From the IMG/VR virus record IMGVR_UViG_3300020464_000007, positions 1 through 47,172 of that record: 47,172 nt of DNA. One strand, 5' to 3'. A model generated the notes under the pieces. The model worked only from the letters and a program-made list of their open reading frames with translations. It was not told the origin of the DNA and did no database searches. Source of the DNA: a virus. Lineage: Duplodnaviria; Caudoviricetes. This document shows, piece by piece, positions 8,411 to 18,209 of the stretch; positions within the stretch are counted from its first letter, which is position 1; every line of letters begins with the position of its first letter. Position numbers and translations under genes: made by a program.

Positions 8411-11304
8411 GTGTGATTGGAAGTAACGCCTTGGCCGGTGCTTCCGGTCAGGGTGGTGGTGGCTATGTAATTGAAAAGAGCCTTAGGTTTAATAACGACG
8501 ACACGCCTTATCTGAATCGTACCCCGTCATCCGCTGGCAACCGTACAACATGGACCTGGAGTTCTTGGGTAAAACTATCGTCAATTCCTACCAGCAACCA
8601 GAATCTTTTTTCCAGTCTAGGCACAACTGGTAATCAGTTTTATGTTTATTTTAATACATCCTCTAAACTAATTATATCTGACTATGAGGCGTATGTTTAC
8701 ACAAGAGCTGAGCTTACGTCAAGTAGAGTTTTTCGGGATTTTAGTGGTTGGTATCATTTAGTAATTGTAATGGATTCTAGTCAGGCAACAGCAGCCGACA
8801 GGGTCAAACTTTATGTAAATGGTGTTCAAGAGACTTTAACCGGAACGCAGCCAAATCAAAATACCGAAGCTTTTTGGAATAACGCAAATGCACATTATAT
8901 TGGCAGGCCACCCAACAATACGACTGATATATTTGATGGTTACCTAACCGACGTACATTTTGTCGACGGTCAAGCATTAGACCCCACATCATTCGGAGCC
9001 TATGACGACAACAACGTCTGGCAAGCAAAGGAGTACACCGGATCACACGGTACTAACGGGTTCCACCTTGACTTTGCTGATGGAAATGATATTGGCAATG
9101 ATGCTGCAGGGTCTAATAACTGGACTGTCAACAATCTTACTGCAACCGGTGGCACTGTTAATTACGCTGAAGCTATAAGCGGTAGTCCTTATATCCCATT
9201 TAACGCTTTTTCAACTTCTTATATTAGCAACTATGTTAATACAAGTACCTGGGCTATAACAAATGCTGCGTGGGACGGTGCTTGGGATTCTTCTGGCAAT
9301 ACTAATGTTTTTACACCATCAGGTGGTATTGCTGTCTCTTCTTCTTTAATCGTTTATTACGGTAACTATAACAACGCTGCATCAACTACAACGTTAACTA
9401 TTACCTATACGGATTCCAGTACGGAAACCGATACCTTTACCTCTGGTAGTAGTAACTGGATGGGTTCTTTTACCGCTAGTAATGCAGCAGGTAAAACAAT
9501 TCAATCAATTCAAGTTGTTGGACCTAGTAGTGCTGCTTACCAGTCATTTGGTGGTTTTGTTATTGATGGTCAAATCTTGACATCGGCAAATCCCAATGCT
9601 GACATCTTACGTGACTCCCCAACCAACGGCGATGCAACTGCTGACATTGTCAGTGGTAACTATTGTACGTTTAATCCACTTGCTAACTATGGAACTCTTT
9701 CTGATGGTAACTTAAATGTTGCTCAAACCTCCGTAGCACATACCACTACATATGGAACGCTAGGCGTATCTTCTGGTAAATGGTACTGGGAGATTTACAA
9801 AGACGATGGTAATAATTATTCCGGTACTTCTGGTGGCATAGGTGTTGCAGCTACGGAATACACTGCTAATGGCAGCGGTTATTTAGGTTCTAACTACACT
9901 AACGTTGCTTATTTCCAAAGTGGTGTTCAGCTTTACGATGGCAGTGATGGCTATGAAAGCCTGACTACAGTTTTAGGCTCAGGAGAAGAGCATAAGAAAG
10001 GCACATGGATGCTTGCTTTTGATTTTGATTCAGGCAAAGGTTGGGTTGGCAAAAACGGCGTTTGGCTTAGCGATACCACTGCAGGCAACGAAGGAAACCC
10101 AGCAACTGGCGCAAATCCATGTTTTAACGCTTTCGTTTCTGGGGCTAATTATGTGCCTATGGTCGGAATGTACGCTAGCCAATCTTTTACTGCAAACTTT
10201 GGTGCTAGACCCTTCGCCTACACCGCCCCAAGCGGCTTTAAAGCACTTTGCACAACGAACCTTCCGACCCCGACGATTGCCGATGGTTCGACGGCATTTG
10301 ATGCAGTTCTATACTCTGGTACTGGCAATGCTCAATCAATTACAGGGCTTGGATTTAGCCCGGATTTAGTTTGGACTAAAAATAGAGGTGCATCTGCATC
10401 ACATGCTGTGTATGACAGTGTGCGCGGTGCCGGTGAACTTATTAGGACTAACGAAACTTCAGCGGAAGTAACTGTATCTTCTAGGTTTACATCATTCGAT
10501 AGTAATGGTTTTTCAATCGGTAGTACTTCTACTGAAAACAATGCAAGTTCTAATACTTATGTAAGTTGGGCTTGGGACGCCGGATCATCAACGGTCAGCA
10601 ACACTGACGGCGACATCACTTCTAGTGTTAGAGCAAACCAAACTGCTGGATTTTCAATCGTTAAGTGGACCTCACCAACATGGAGCGGCAGCCCTCAATC
10701 AGTAGGCCATGGTTTGAACGCTGCTCCAGCGTTTATTATTACTAAAGGACTGGAGAATGCAGGATCTTGGTATTGTTATCACAAAGATCTTGACGCCTCT
10801 AATCCTCAAACTAAATATATTTTATTAAATGATACTGGTGCCGCTGGCACTCTTGCCAATTCTTGGGGCACATCTGCTCCTGATAGTAATGTTTTCGGTG
10901 ATCGTTTACTGGGTTGGTCTGAAGGGCAGGATGTAATCGCCTACTGTTTTTCACCTGTCAAAAATTATAGTGCGTTTGGTTCGTACATCGGCAACGGCAG
11001 TAACGATGGTCAACTTGTATACACCAACTTTAAGGTGAGGTATTTGCTAACCAAACCAGCATTTGCCGGTGGTGACTGGATGATTTGGGATGCTAAAAGA
11101 GAACCATTTAACGTAAACCCTAATACAATTCAAGCAAATGCTAGTGCAGCTGAGGCAGGTACTGGCGGTTACTCAGTAGATTTTCTGTCTAACGGATTCA
11201 AATTTAGGATGTACGGTAGCTCTTCTAATGCTTCTGGAGTTACATACATTTACGCCGCATTCGCTGAACACCCCTTCCAAGCCAATGGTGGACTTGCACG
11301 CTAA
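8407..11304 (+). CDS. Large putative receptor-binding protein with concanavalin A/LamG- and SPRY-like beta-sandwich domains, 965 aa
   Basis: Motifs SLRFN..., WTWSSWVK, WYHLVIV, SSGKWYWE, NFGARPFAYTAPSGFKAL, FSPDLVWTKNR; located in the tail fibre cluster. Confidence 0.7.
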   Translation: MSVIGSNALAGASGQGGGGYVIEKSLRFNNDDTPYLNRTPSSAGNRTTWTWSSWVKLSSIPTSNQNLFSSLGTTGNQFYVYFNTSSKLIISDYEAYVYTRAELTSSRVFRDFSGWYHLVIVMDSSQATAADRVKLYVNGVQETLTGTQPNQNTEAFWNNANAHYIGRPPNNTTDIFDGYLTDVHFVDGQALDPTSFGAYDDNNVWQAKEYTGSHGTNGFHLDFADGNDIGNDAAGSNNWTVNNLTATGGTVNYAEAISGSPYIPFNAFSTSYISNYVNTSTWAITNAAWDGAWDSSGNTNVFTPSGGIAVSSSLIVYYGNYNNAASTTTLTITYTDSSTETDTFTSGSSNWMGSFTASNAAGKTIQSIQVVGPSSAAYQSFGGFVIDGQILTSANPNADILRDSPTNGDATADIVSGNYCTFNPLANYGTLSDGNLNVAQTSVAHTTTYGTLGVSSGKWYWEIYKDDGNNYSGTSGGIGVAATEYTANGSGYLGSNYTNVAYFQSGVQLYDGSDGYESLTTVLGSGEEHKKGTWMLAFDFDSGKGWVGKNGVWLSDTTAGNEGNPATGANPCFNAFVSGANYVPMVGMYASQSFTANFGARPFAYTAPSGFKALCTTNLPTPTIADGSTAFDAVLYSGTGNAQSITGLGFSPDLVWTKNRGASASHAVYDSVRGAGELIRTNETSAEVTVSSRFTSFDSNGFSIGSTSTENNASSNTYVSWAWDAGSSTVSNTDGDITSSVRANQTAGFSIVKWTSPTWSGSPQSVGHGLNAAPAFIITKGLENAGSWYCYHKDLDASNPQTKYILLNDTGAAGTLANSWGTSAPDSNVFGDRLLGWSEGQDVIAYCFSPVKNYSAFGSYIGNGSNDGQLVYTNFKVRYLLTKPAFAGGDWMIWDAKREPFNVNPNTIQANASAAEAGTGGYSVDFLSNGFKFRMYGSSSNASGVTYIYAAFAEHPFQANGGLAR

Positions 11305-11317
11305 TTAATTATTTATT

Positions 11318-11878
11318 ATGCTTCAACTTAATGGACAAACCCTGCAATACGACAGGGCATTTACTCACGAAGGTATTTCTTATCCCTCTAATTGGCTGCG
11401 CTTGACCACTTTGGAAGAGAAGCAAGCCATTGGAATTGTAGAAGTAGCTAACAATACCCAATCTTGGGATCAACGTTTCTATTGGAGTGTTGATAACCCT
11501 AAGCAGTTGGAAGATGTTACTGATGACGATGGTAACACCACCACTGGTCTTAAGACTCTGTGGAAACAAAAGCAAAACGAAATTGCAGCATCACTACTTG
11601 CTCCGTCTGATTGGCGTGTAGTTAAAGCTGCAGAAGTCACTGCATACAGCGTTGAGTCTGAATGGCTCACATACCGCGCTGCAGTCCGCACTGCTTGCAA
11701 CACACGTCAAACCGAAATTGACAACTGTGCAGACGTACCTGCTCTCAAAGAGTTGCTGTACGGCAGTGCACAGGTCCAACAAACTGATGATGATGGCAAC
11801 ACTGTCGTTGATGACGACGGCAACCCCGTCATGATCGCTAACCCTAATCGTGCCACTGAGTGGCCTACACCACTATGA
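11318..11878 (+). CDS. Putative tail fibre assembly chaperone
   Basis: LLAPSDWRV...WLTYRAAVR...WP motif pattern; directly follows the fibre genes. Confidence 0.6.
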   Translation: MLQLNGQTLQYDRAFTHEGISYPSNWLRLTTLEEKQAIGIVEVANNTQSWDQRFYWSVDNPKQLEDVTDDDGNTTTGLKTLWKQKQNEIAASLLAPSDWRVVKAAEVTAYSVESEWLTYRAAVRTACNTRQTEIDNCADVPALKELLYGSAQVQQTDDDGNTVVDDDGNPVMIANPNRATEWPTPL

Positions 11879-12042
11879 TTACTCTTATCCGTCCAATCCT
11901 TTTTTCGTTTATTAATTCTGAGAAGGTCAAGCGTCTTGTCGTTGATCTTCTTAAGAAACTCGCAGAACAAACAGACAACACTGTTGATGATGAGGCAGTA
12001 AAGTTTATCGAACGCGGTTTGTTCGGTGGACCCCTGGACTAA
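11875..12042 (+). CDS. Small hypothetical protein (MITLIRPILFSF...TDNTVDD)
   Basis: ATGA overlap with the upstream stop; amphipathic 55 aa. Confidence 0.65.
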   Translation: MITLIRPILFSFINSEKVKRLVVDLLKKLAEQTDNTVDDEAVKFIERGLFGGPLD

Positions 12043-12475
12043 TCCCCCATCATTTCCCTCTCTAACGCTTCCAGAAGCGCCTGTAATGCCTAAAGCGGTG
12101 TTAGAGGTACCAAGGGCTCAGCTACCTAGTTACAAGCCCCTTGTAGCCCCTCCTAACACCCTCAGGCCACCACCAGGTATTAAGGGAATAAATACAGAAG
12201 AGGAGCCTCCACAAGACGAAGAGGCTAACCCAGCAAAGTCTACCAAGCCTGCCTTGCCTAAAGAGGCACAGATAGTGGAGATTCCGTTTACGGATATTGA
12301 GGTACCTATGCCTACAACTACTATCATGACAACTGCAGCTACAACAGCGTTTATTTCTGTTGCCGCCACCCTAACTGCTACGTCTTTGTTCAAATACATT
12401 GTGATGCTACTTAAACCAGTATTCAAGCAAACATGGAGCAAGTTGACAAAAAAGAAGGAACCAAAGGTTTCTTAG
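12026..12475 (+). CDS. Pro-rich protein with C-terminal transmembrane helix
   Basis: ORF track; hydrophobic AATTAFISVAATLTATSLF followed by a basic tail. Confidence 0.65.
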   Translation: MDPWTNPPSFPSLTLPEAPVMPKAVLEVPRAQLPSYKPLVAPPNTLRPPPGIKGINTEEEPPQDEEANPAKSTKPALPKEAQIVEIPFTDIEVPMPTTTIMTTAATTAFISVAATLTATSLFKYIVMLLKPVFKQTWSKLTKKKEPKVS

Positions 12476-12729
12476 AAAAAGTTAAGGAAAATACTGAGGA
12501 TGAATTGCAAATCCTTGGTACCTTTGTTCGTTTAGGTGTCGTCGTATGGAGTGGTTTTATTATCACTCTTAACTATGTTGACCTACCTATGATTAAAAAG
12601 GGACAAAGTGGTGGTGATATAACCTTCGTTGCTAGTGTCTTTACAGGGGCGCTCGCTACGTTCGGATTGACTACATCTAATAACAAAACAAATCCCAAAT
12701 CTCCTGAACCTAAAAAGAAAGAAGAATGA
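12433..12729 (+). CDS. Two-TM membrane protein (holin candidate)
   Basis: Two hydrophobic segments with charged termini; late-gene position. Holin role is inference. Confidence 0.55.
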   Translation: MEQVDKKEGTKGFLEKVKENTEDELQILGTFVRLGVVVWSGFIITLNYVDLPMIKKGQSGGDITFVASVFTGALATFGLTTSNNKTNPKSPEPKKKEE

Positions 12730-13076
12730 AACGTCTTATTTTGCTATTGATGTTAGCTAGCCCTGCTGCAGCTCAACAGGTTACACCTAACTTTACCCAG
12801 GGTAGTATGCAATCCACCACGACTACCACTGTGGACATTGATCGTACTATTACGACAAACATCTATGGTGGTAATTACAAGTCATGGTCTGGAACAAATG
12901 TAACCCCCAGCGGGGATATTCTCGATTCTGCAACAACCTATTCAGTGACAACCGCAGGCGAACAGTTTCAATTGGAAACGGTGGACAGAACAGCGGGGGT
13001 TGTAGAAAACATCGTAATCGACGAAGTTATCCAACAGCAATCTACCACTACCTCGCTGTCTGTCTTCTCTCAGTAA
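12726..13076 (+). CDS. Secreted/virion protein with signal peptide
   Basis: MKRLILLLMLASPAAA|QQ signal peptide; ATGA coupling. Confidence 0.7.
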   Translation: MKRLILLLMLASPAAAQQVTPNFTQGSMQSTTTTTVDIDRTITTNIYGGNYKSWSGTNVTPSGDILDSATTYSVTTAGEQFQLETVDRTAGVVENIVIDEVIQQQSTTTSLSVFSQ

Positions 13077-13534
13077 ACCCAGCGTTTGCTAATAACGATC
13101 CTAGAGTTCAGAATACATCTAACCCAGTAGCTGCCGCTACGGGTAATGTAACAAATCAAGCCGTACAATTCCAAAACAATGGAGCACCATCTCGGCAATA
13201 CTTCGCATCTAACAGCAGCTGTAACGGCGCTACGATGCAATTTAGCCCGTTTTACATGGGCAACGACACCATTCCTTTTGAAAATACTGGTTACGTTAGG
13301 AGTAACAACTTTGGTGCACAGCTCAATTTTAGTGTACCTTTGGATGGTGGGATGATTGAGCTATGTAAAAGCATAGCCAAAAAACACGAAGAAAAAATGC
13401 GTCTTGATTACGAACTTGTAAGGGCACTTAAGTGTACCGAAATCATGAAAGCTGGGTTTATGTTTAGACCTGGTTCTCGTGTAGAAGTTTTATGTCATGA
13501 CATTGTACCCATAGTGGCAGTAGAAAATGAGTGA
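12884..13534 (+). CDS. Hypothetical exported protein (true start uncertain, probably near 13040)
   Basis: Internal signal-like segment IYHYLAVCLLSVNPAFA; Cys-containing C-terminal part. Confidence 0.6.
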   Translation: MVWNKCNPQRGYSRFCNNLFSDNRRRTVSIGNGGQNSGGCRKHRNRRSYPTAIYHYLAVCLLSVNPAFANNDPRVQNTSNPVAAATGNVTNQAVQFQNNGAPSRQYFASNSSCNGATMQFSPFYMGNDTIPFENTGYVRSNNFGAQLNFSVPLDGGMIELCKSIAKKHEEKMRLDYELVRALKCTEIMKAGFMFRPGSRVEVLCHDIVPIVAVENE

Positions 13535-13781
13535 AGCACTTGTTAGCATAGCTGTTGCAGTCGTCGCGGGTGGCGCTGCCCTAAATAATAGATTACACAA
13601 TCGAATAAATAGCGTGCATGAGCGCATCAGCGCACTCGACCGTAGACTTGATGGCATTGAGCTGACTGTTGCTTCTGACTATGTTAAAAAGGCTGAGCTA
13701 GCTGAATTACTTAGTCGCATGGAAGATCACATGGTACGCATTGAAAACAAATTAGATCAAATAGTTCTTAAAAATACTTAA
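13527..13781 (+). CDS. Membrane-anchored coiled-coil protein
   Basis: N-terminal hydrophobic helix, then heptads ending RIENKLDQI. Confidence 0.65.
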   Translation: MSEALVSIAVAVVAGGAALNNRLHNRINSVHERISALDRRLDGIELTVASDYVKKAELAELLSRMEDHMVRIENKLDQIVLKNT

Positions 13782-13783
13782 TT

Positions 13784-13966
13784 ATGTCTTATCAACTTGT
13801 AGACACCTTTACAGGTGTTGTTCTCAGCGATTTTGCTAAAAAAGCAGAGGCTGAGAAGCAGCTCGGCAGAATGTACAATGAGCCTGGTGAAACTCGTTAC
13901 GAGATTAAATCTACCCGTACTAAAAAAGTAGTGGAAGAAGTTAATGTCGAAGAAGAAAGCGACTGA
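13784..13966 (+). CDS. Hypothetical protein
   Basis: ORF fills the gap in the operon. Confidence 0.55.
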   Translation: MSYQLVDTFTGVVLSDFAKKAEAEKQLGRMYNEPGETRYEIKSTRTKKVVEEVNVEEESD

Positions 13967-14192
13967 AGACCAGTTTAACGAGCTGCATAACTTGGTTACT
14001 AAGGAGTTCCTTTCCCGTATTAAATCAGGTGAGGCTACTACTCAAGACCTTAAAGCAGCTTGTGACTGGCTCAAAACTAATGACATCAGTGGTGTCGCCT
14101 TTGACGGTAACCCACTTGATAAGCTTGCAGCAGTAATGCCTACTGTTGATCCTGAAATTGTACAGCGCAAACTCTATGGCACGAAGCTCTAA
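13944..14192 (+). CDS. Terminase small subunit (T7 gp18-like)
   Basis: ATEDQFNELH...GEATTQDLKAACDWLKTNDI pattern; upstream of TerL. Confidence 0.8.
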   Translation: MSKKKATEDQFNELHNLVTKEFLSRIKSGEATTQDLKAACDWLKTNDISGVAFDGNPLDKLAAVMPTVDPEIVQRKLYGTKL

Positions 14193-14412
14193 GCACAGCG
14201 GCGCTAAGTACGCTAACGGTAACTACAAGTCGTACCAAAAAAAGTACGACGCTAGCAAAATGCAGATCAAAAAAAGAACTGCATTAAACAAAGAAAACAG
14301 AAAACGGGGAACTTATGGTAATGGTGACGGTAAAGATGTTTCACACAAAAAGAATGGTAAAACATTCCTTGAAAAAGCATCTAAAAACCGAGCACGTAAA
14401 GGCCGAGCATGA
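14176..14412 (+). CDS. Small basic protein, degenerate HNH-like (GDGKDVSH...SKNRAR)
   Basis: Motif resembles short phage HNH-like proteins; start reassigned to ATG 14176. Confidence 0.55.
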   Translation: MARSSKHSGAKYANGNYKSYQKKYDASKMQIKKRTALNKENRKRGTYGNGDGKDVSHKKNGKTFLEKASKNRARKGRA

Positions 14413-14738
14413 CCCCGTTACTTCCAACTCCTGACGATTACCTCTACAACTTAATAGTTATGACCTCTCCAGAAGCCAAGCGCCTGTGGAGGCGCTCTAT
14501 TAAGGAACATTTTGACCATACATGTATTTATTGCGGAAAAACTTATGACCTTAGTCAGTTATCTATCGATCATGTTCATCCTAGGGCTCGTGGTGGGCAG
14601 GATGTCGCAACGAATGTCGTATGTGCCTGCACCCGTTGTAATCAGGAGAAAGGAAGTGCCCCCGTCCTGGATTGGATGAGGGACAAATTTGGAGTCAATA
14701 GGCTCCGTGAAAAAATTCTTATGGAGCATATTACTTAA
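14409..14738 (+). CDS. HNH endonuclease
   Basis: CIYCG...IDHVHPRARGG...NVVCACTRCNQEKG. Confidence 0.9.
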   Translation: MTPLLPTPDDYLYNLIVMTSPEAKRLWRRSIKEHFDHTCIYCGKTYDLSQLSIDHVHPRARGGQDVATNVVCACTRCNQEKGSAPVLDWMRDKFGVNRLREKILMEHIT

Positions 14739-15997
14739 TGGATAAAGAGCTTTACGATTTAAAAAATTGGGCTATTGAAACACTAAAAGAATACAAAGCA
14801 GAACTTTTAGTTAGAAAACAAGTTACTGGAAAACCTCCAAGCGCACTGAAAAAAGTAGACCGTTTTTTAAATGCACTGGCTGTCGATACGTCTGGTACTT
14901 ATGCAGACATGATTGACGATGCCCGTCGTAAGGGTCTCAGTCAAAAAGAATTTGCTAATATGGGCAGGAATCTGGAAGAACGTATTATGAACTCATTTAG
15001 GGTTCTTCCTGATGACCCTGCTCATCACATGTATTCATTACGTACTGCTGGCGACCTTGTTCAAAATGTAGAACCAGGTGTCAGAGAAATGGGTCTACAA
15101 ATTTTAAGGGATGAAGGCTATGTTCTTGGCAATGTTCGAGAAAATTTAACCAGTCTTGCTGAAGCTACTCACCAAGGTAGAGCTGGTAAAGGTGCAGAAT
15201 TGAAAGCATTAGGTCAAATTAGTGTAGACAAAACTAAGATGGCTATTGCTCACCCTAGAGGTACTAGTGATCCTCTAATTAGCCGCACTATTGATTTTAA
15301 AAATATCAAAACACCTGAAGACTTTGCTAATGCATATAGGCCGCTACTAGAGCAACAAAAGAAAGATCTTGCAGACGTTTTAAAACCAGGTGGTCCGGAG
15401 GCTTCACGTCGTCAAATTGTTACTTCTTATGTTGCAGAACAAGGTGGTCCTGAAGATATTTTTGGTCTTGGGCGATCACAAGCTGAAGTAAAAACTGGTA
15501 AAGATATTATTAGAAAAGCACCTGGTGTAATGCAACGTTCTTACCAGGCAATTAAAGACAAAGGTAGCTTCCGTTTGTCTTTTCTACCTCTTGGTGGTGA
15601 AGAAGCTGTTAAAGCTGTTGTAAAAAATCCAGCAGGCGCTTTTATGGGCGCTGCTACTGCAATCCAACCAGAAGCAGTTACAGCTGCAATTCAAGGTAAT
15701 TACGAAGAAGCAGCTAAAACTACCGTGGCTGGTGCAGGTTTCGGTGCAGCAGTGCAACAAACTCTTACTAAAGCTCCGGTTCTTGATAAAGCAAGGGTTG
15801 TATCAGCTTTAGGACGTGCACCAGGACTGCTTAAATTTGGCGGTGCGGCTGCTAGATTTTTAGCTGGACCTGTTGGTATCGGTTATACAGGACTAGAGCT
15901 GATTGATGCAGCAACCAAAGGTATTACTGGTAAAGGTATCTTTGAACCATCAGATAAGCCTGTAACCGACGAAGACCTTGAATTCAGTACAATGTAA
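14738..15997 (+). CDS. Hypothetical protein, 419 aa, Gly/Ala-rich hydrophobic C-terminus
   Basis: Long ORF, TAATG-coupled; no family recognised. Confidence 0.75.
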   Translation: MDKELYDLKNWAIETLKEYKAELLVRKQVTGKPPSALKKVDRFLNALAVDTSGTYADMIDDARRKGLSQKEFANMGRNLEERIMNSFRVLPDDPAHHMYSLRTAGDLVQNVEPGVREMGLQILRDEGYVLGNVRENLTSLAEATHQGRAGKGAELKALGQISVDKTKMAIAHPRGTSDPLISRTIDFKNIKTPEDFANAYRPLLEQQKKDLADVLKPGGPEASRRQIVTSYVAEQGGPEDIFGLGRSQAEVKTGKDIIRKAPGVMQRSYQAIKDKGSFRLSFLPLGGEEAVKAVVKNPAGAFMGAATAIQPEAVTAAIQGNYEEAAKTTVAGAGFGAAVQQTLTKAPVLDKARVVSALGRAPGLLKFGGAAARFLAGPVGIGYTGLELIDAATKGITGKGIFEPSDKPVTDEDLEFSTM

Positions 15998-16000
15998 CCT

Positions 16001-16507
16001 ATGACCCACCCAATTTTTGTTACAGGACCACAGCGGTCAGGCACCCGCCTGGCTGCTCAGATTATAGCTAGACAAACAGGAAGAACGTTTGTTGATGAGC
16101 TTGATTATAACCCTGACATACCTATGAACAGTGTTATTCAAGCTCCTTTCCTGTTAAAGGCTGTTATCGAACTATCATTTATGTTTCCTACAGCTGAATT
16201 TGCTTTTATGTACCGCAATGTCGATGATATTGTAAAAAGCATGGAGCATATTGAATGGTATAAAGATTACATAAATGATTCTAATTTTTACCTTGAGTAT
16301 GTCGAGCATTCCTACAGATACATCGATTTTTTAAAGAAAGAACTAGATGCTAGTCGGTGGTTTGACATACGCTATGAATTTCTTGCACAAGACCCATTGT
16401 TTGTCAAAGATCGGTCTAATTTTACAGTAAAACAATATCTACCCGATAAACCTGATGGACCCGAAACCTGGAGAAACGATGAATACGCTAGAACTGTTAA
16501 AAAATGA
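16001..16507 (+). CDS. Sulfotransferase-fold protein
   Basis: PIFVTGPQRSGTR (5'-PSB loop), FMYRNVDDIVKS (3'-PB-like) and IRYEFL. Confidence 0.7.
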   Translation: MTHPIFVTGPQRSGTRLAAQIIARQTGRTFVDELDYNPDIPMNSVIQAPFLLKAVIELSFMFPTAEFAFMYRNVDDIVKSMEHIEWYKDYINDSNFYLEYVEHSYRYIDFLKKELDASRWFDIRYEFLAQDPLFVKDRSNFTVKQYLPDKPDGPETWRNDEYARTVKK

Positions 16508-18203
16508 CTTTAAGCTCTTCCTACAAGCTTTGTGGGCGGAGCTAGATCTACCCAATCCTACACGTGCGCAATATGCTATCGCAGACTATCTTCAACATGG
16601 ACCTAAGCGTCTTCAGATACAGGCTTTCCGTGGAGTTGGTAAGTCGTGGATCACAGGCGCATTTGTTCTCTGGACTCTCTTTAACGATTCAGAGCGAAAG
16701 ATTATGATTATCTCCGCGTCTAAAGAACGTGCAGATAACATGTCCATCTTCCTACAAAAACTTATTATTGAAACGCCATGGCTTTCTCATTTACGACCGA
16801 CTGGAGACGATGCAAGGTGGAGCAGGGTAAGCTTCGATGTGAAGTGCTCACCCCACCAAGCGCCAAGCGTAAAGTCGGTGGGCATCACTGGACAGCTGAC
16901 CGGAAGCCGCGCAGATTTAATGATTCTAGACGACATTGAAGTTCCTGGCAACTCAATGACGGAGTTAATGAGAGAGAAGCTCCTACAACTTTGTACAGAA
17001 GCTGAGTCTATCCTTACACCAAAAGATGACTCACGTATTATGTACTTAGGTACTCCTCAGACTACATTTACCGTCTACAAACGTCTCGCTGAGCGGTCAT
17101 ACAAGCCCTTTGTATGGCCTGCTAGGTATCCACGTAAGACAAGCAATTACGAAGGTCTCCTAGCGCCTCAGCTGGTCGAAGACATCGAAAGCGGTGCTGA
17201 TAAATGGGACGTAACAGATGACCGCTTTAATAATGAAGACCTGATTGAACGTGAAGCGTCAATGGGTCGTAGCAACTTTATGTTGCAGTTCATGCTCGAC
17301 ACCTCACTTAGTGATGCTGACAAATTTCCTCTCAAATGTGCGGACCTTATCGTTACCTCTGTTAACCCTAAGTCTGCTCCTGAGTCCGTCATCTGGTGCT
17401 CAGACCCAAAAAACGTTATCAAGGAACTCCCCACTGTCGGACTACCTGGAGATTATTTCTACAGTCCAATGCAGCTCCAAGGAGAATGGGGTGATTACGC
17501 TGAGACAATCTGCTCTATTGACCCGTCGGGTCGTGGATCGGATGAAACGACAGCAGCTTATCTCTCCCAACGTAACGGTATCCTGTACTTGCACGAAATG
17601 CGTGCTTACCGAGACGGATACTCAGACAAAACATTACTGGACATTTTAAAAGGTTGTAAAAAGTATGAAGCGACTAAGCTTGTTATTGAAACTAACTTTG
17701 GCGACGGTATTGTTAGCGAGTTGTTCCGCAAACATCTTCAACAAACAAATCAAAGATGCGATGTTGAAGAAGTCCGAGCAACTGTTAGAAAAGAAGATCG
17801 AATCATCGATTCCCTTGAACCCGTCCTCAATCAACACCGACTCGTTATCGACAAGTCCGTTATCGAGTGGGACTTCCGGTCTAACCCCGACGAAGCTCCT
17901 GAACGTCGATTGATGTACATGTTGTTCTACCAAATGAGTAGAATGTGTCGTGAGAAAGGTGCAGTTAAACATGACGACAGAATTGACTGCCTTGCTCAAG
18001 GTGTTAAGTACTTTACAGATGCTATGGGTATCTCAGCCCAGGAAGCTATCAAAGAACGTAAACGTGTTGAGTGGAATGCTATGCTGCAAGAGTTTTTTGA
18101 CGACCCTCAATCCTCTGCAAATCACATGGTTTTGGGTATGAATTACGACCAAAGACAGCAATCTAAAGGGGGTGGTAAGAACTCAGTTCCTAACTGGGTT
18201 TAA
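16479..18203 (+). CDS. Terminase large subunit (T7 gp19-like)
   Basis: Walker A AFRGVGKS, Walker B ILDDIE, nuclease IDPSGRGSDE and HDDRID; GGAG precedes ATG 16479. Confidence 0.97.
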   Translation: MNTLELLKNDFKLFLQALWAELDLPNPTRAQYAIADYLQHGPKRLQIQAFRGVGKSWITGAFVLWTLFNDSERKIMIISASKERADNMSIFLQKLIIETPWLSHLRPTGDDARWSRVSFDVKCSPHQAPSVKSVGITGQLTGSRADLMILDDIEVPGNSMTELMREKLLQLCTEAESILTPKDDSRIMYLGTPQTTFTVYKRLAERSYKPFVWPARYPRKTSNYEGLLAPQLVEDIESGADKWDVTDDRFNNEDLIEREASMGRSNFMLQFMLDTSLSDADKFPLKCADLIVTSVNPKSAPESVIWCSDPKNVIKELPTVGLPGDYFYSPMQLQGEWGDYAETICSIDPSGRGSDETTAAYLSQRNGILYLHEMRAYRDGYSDKTLLDILKGCKKYEATKLVIETNFGDGIVSELFRKHLQQTNQRCDVEEVRATVRKEDRIIDSLEPVLNQHRLVIDKSVIEWDFRSNPDEAPERRLMYMLFYQMSRMCREKGAVKHDDRIDCLAQGVKYFTDAMGISAQEAIKERKRVEWNAMLQEFFDDPQSSANHMVLGMNYDQRQQSKGGGKNSVPNWV

Positions 18204-18209
18204 GTAGAG

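Noticed and set aside
8407-11304. Diversity-generating retroelement target
   Set aside because: No reverse transcriptase and no TR/VR repeat pair seen.
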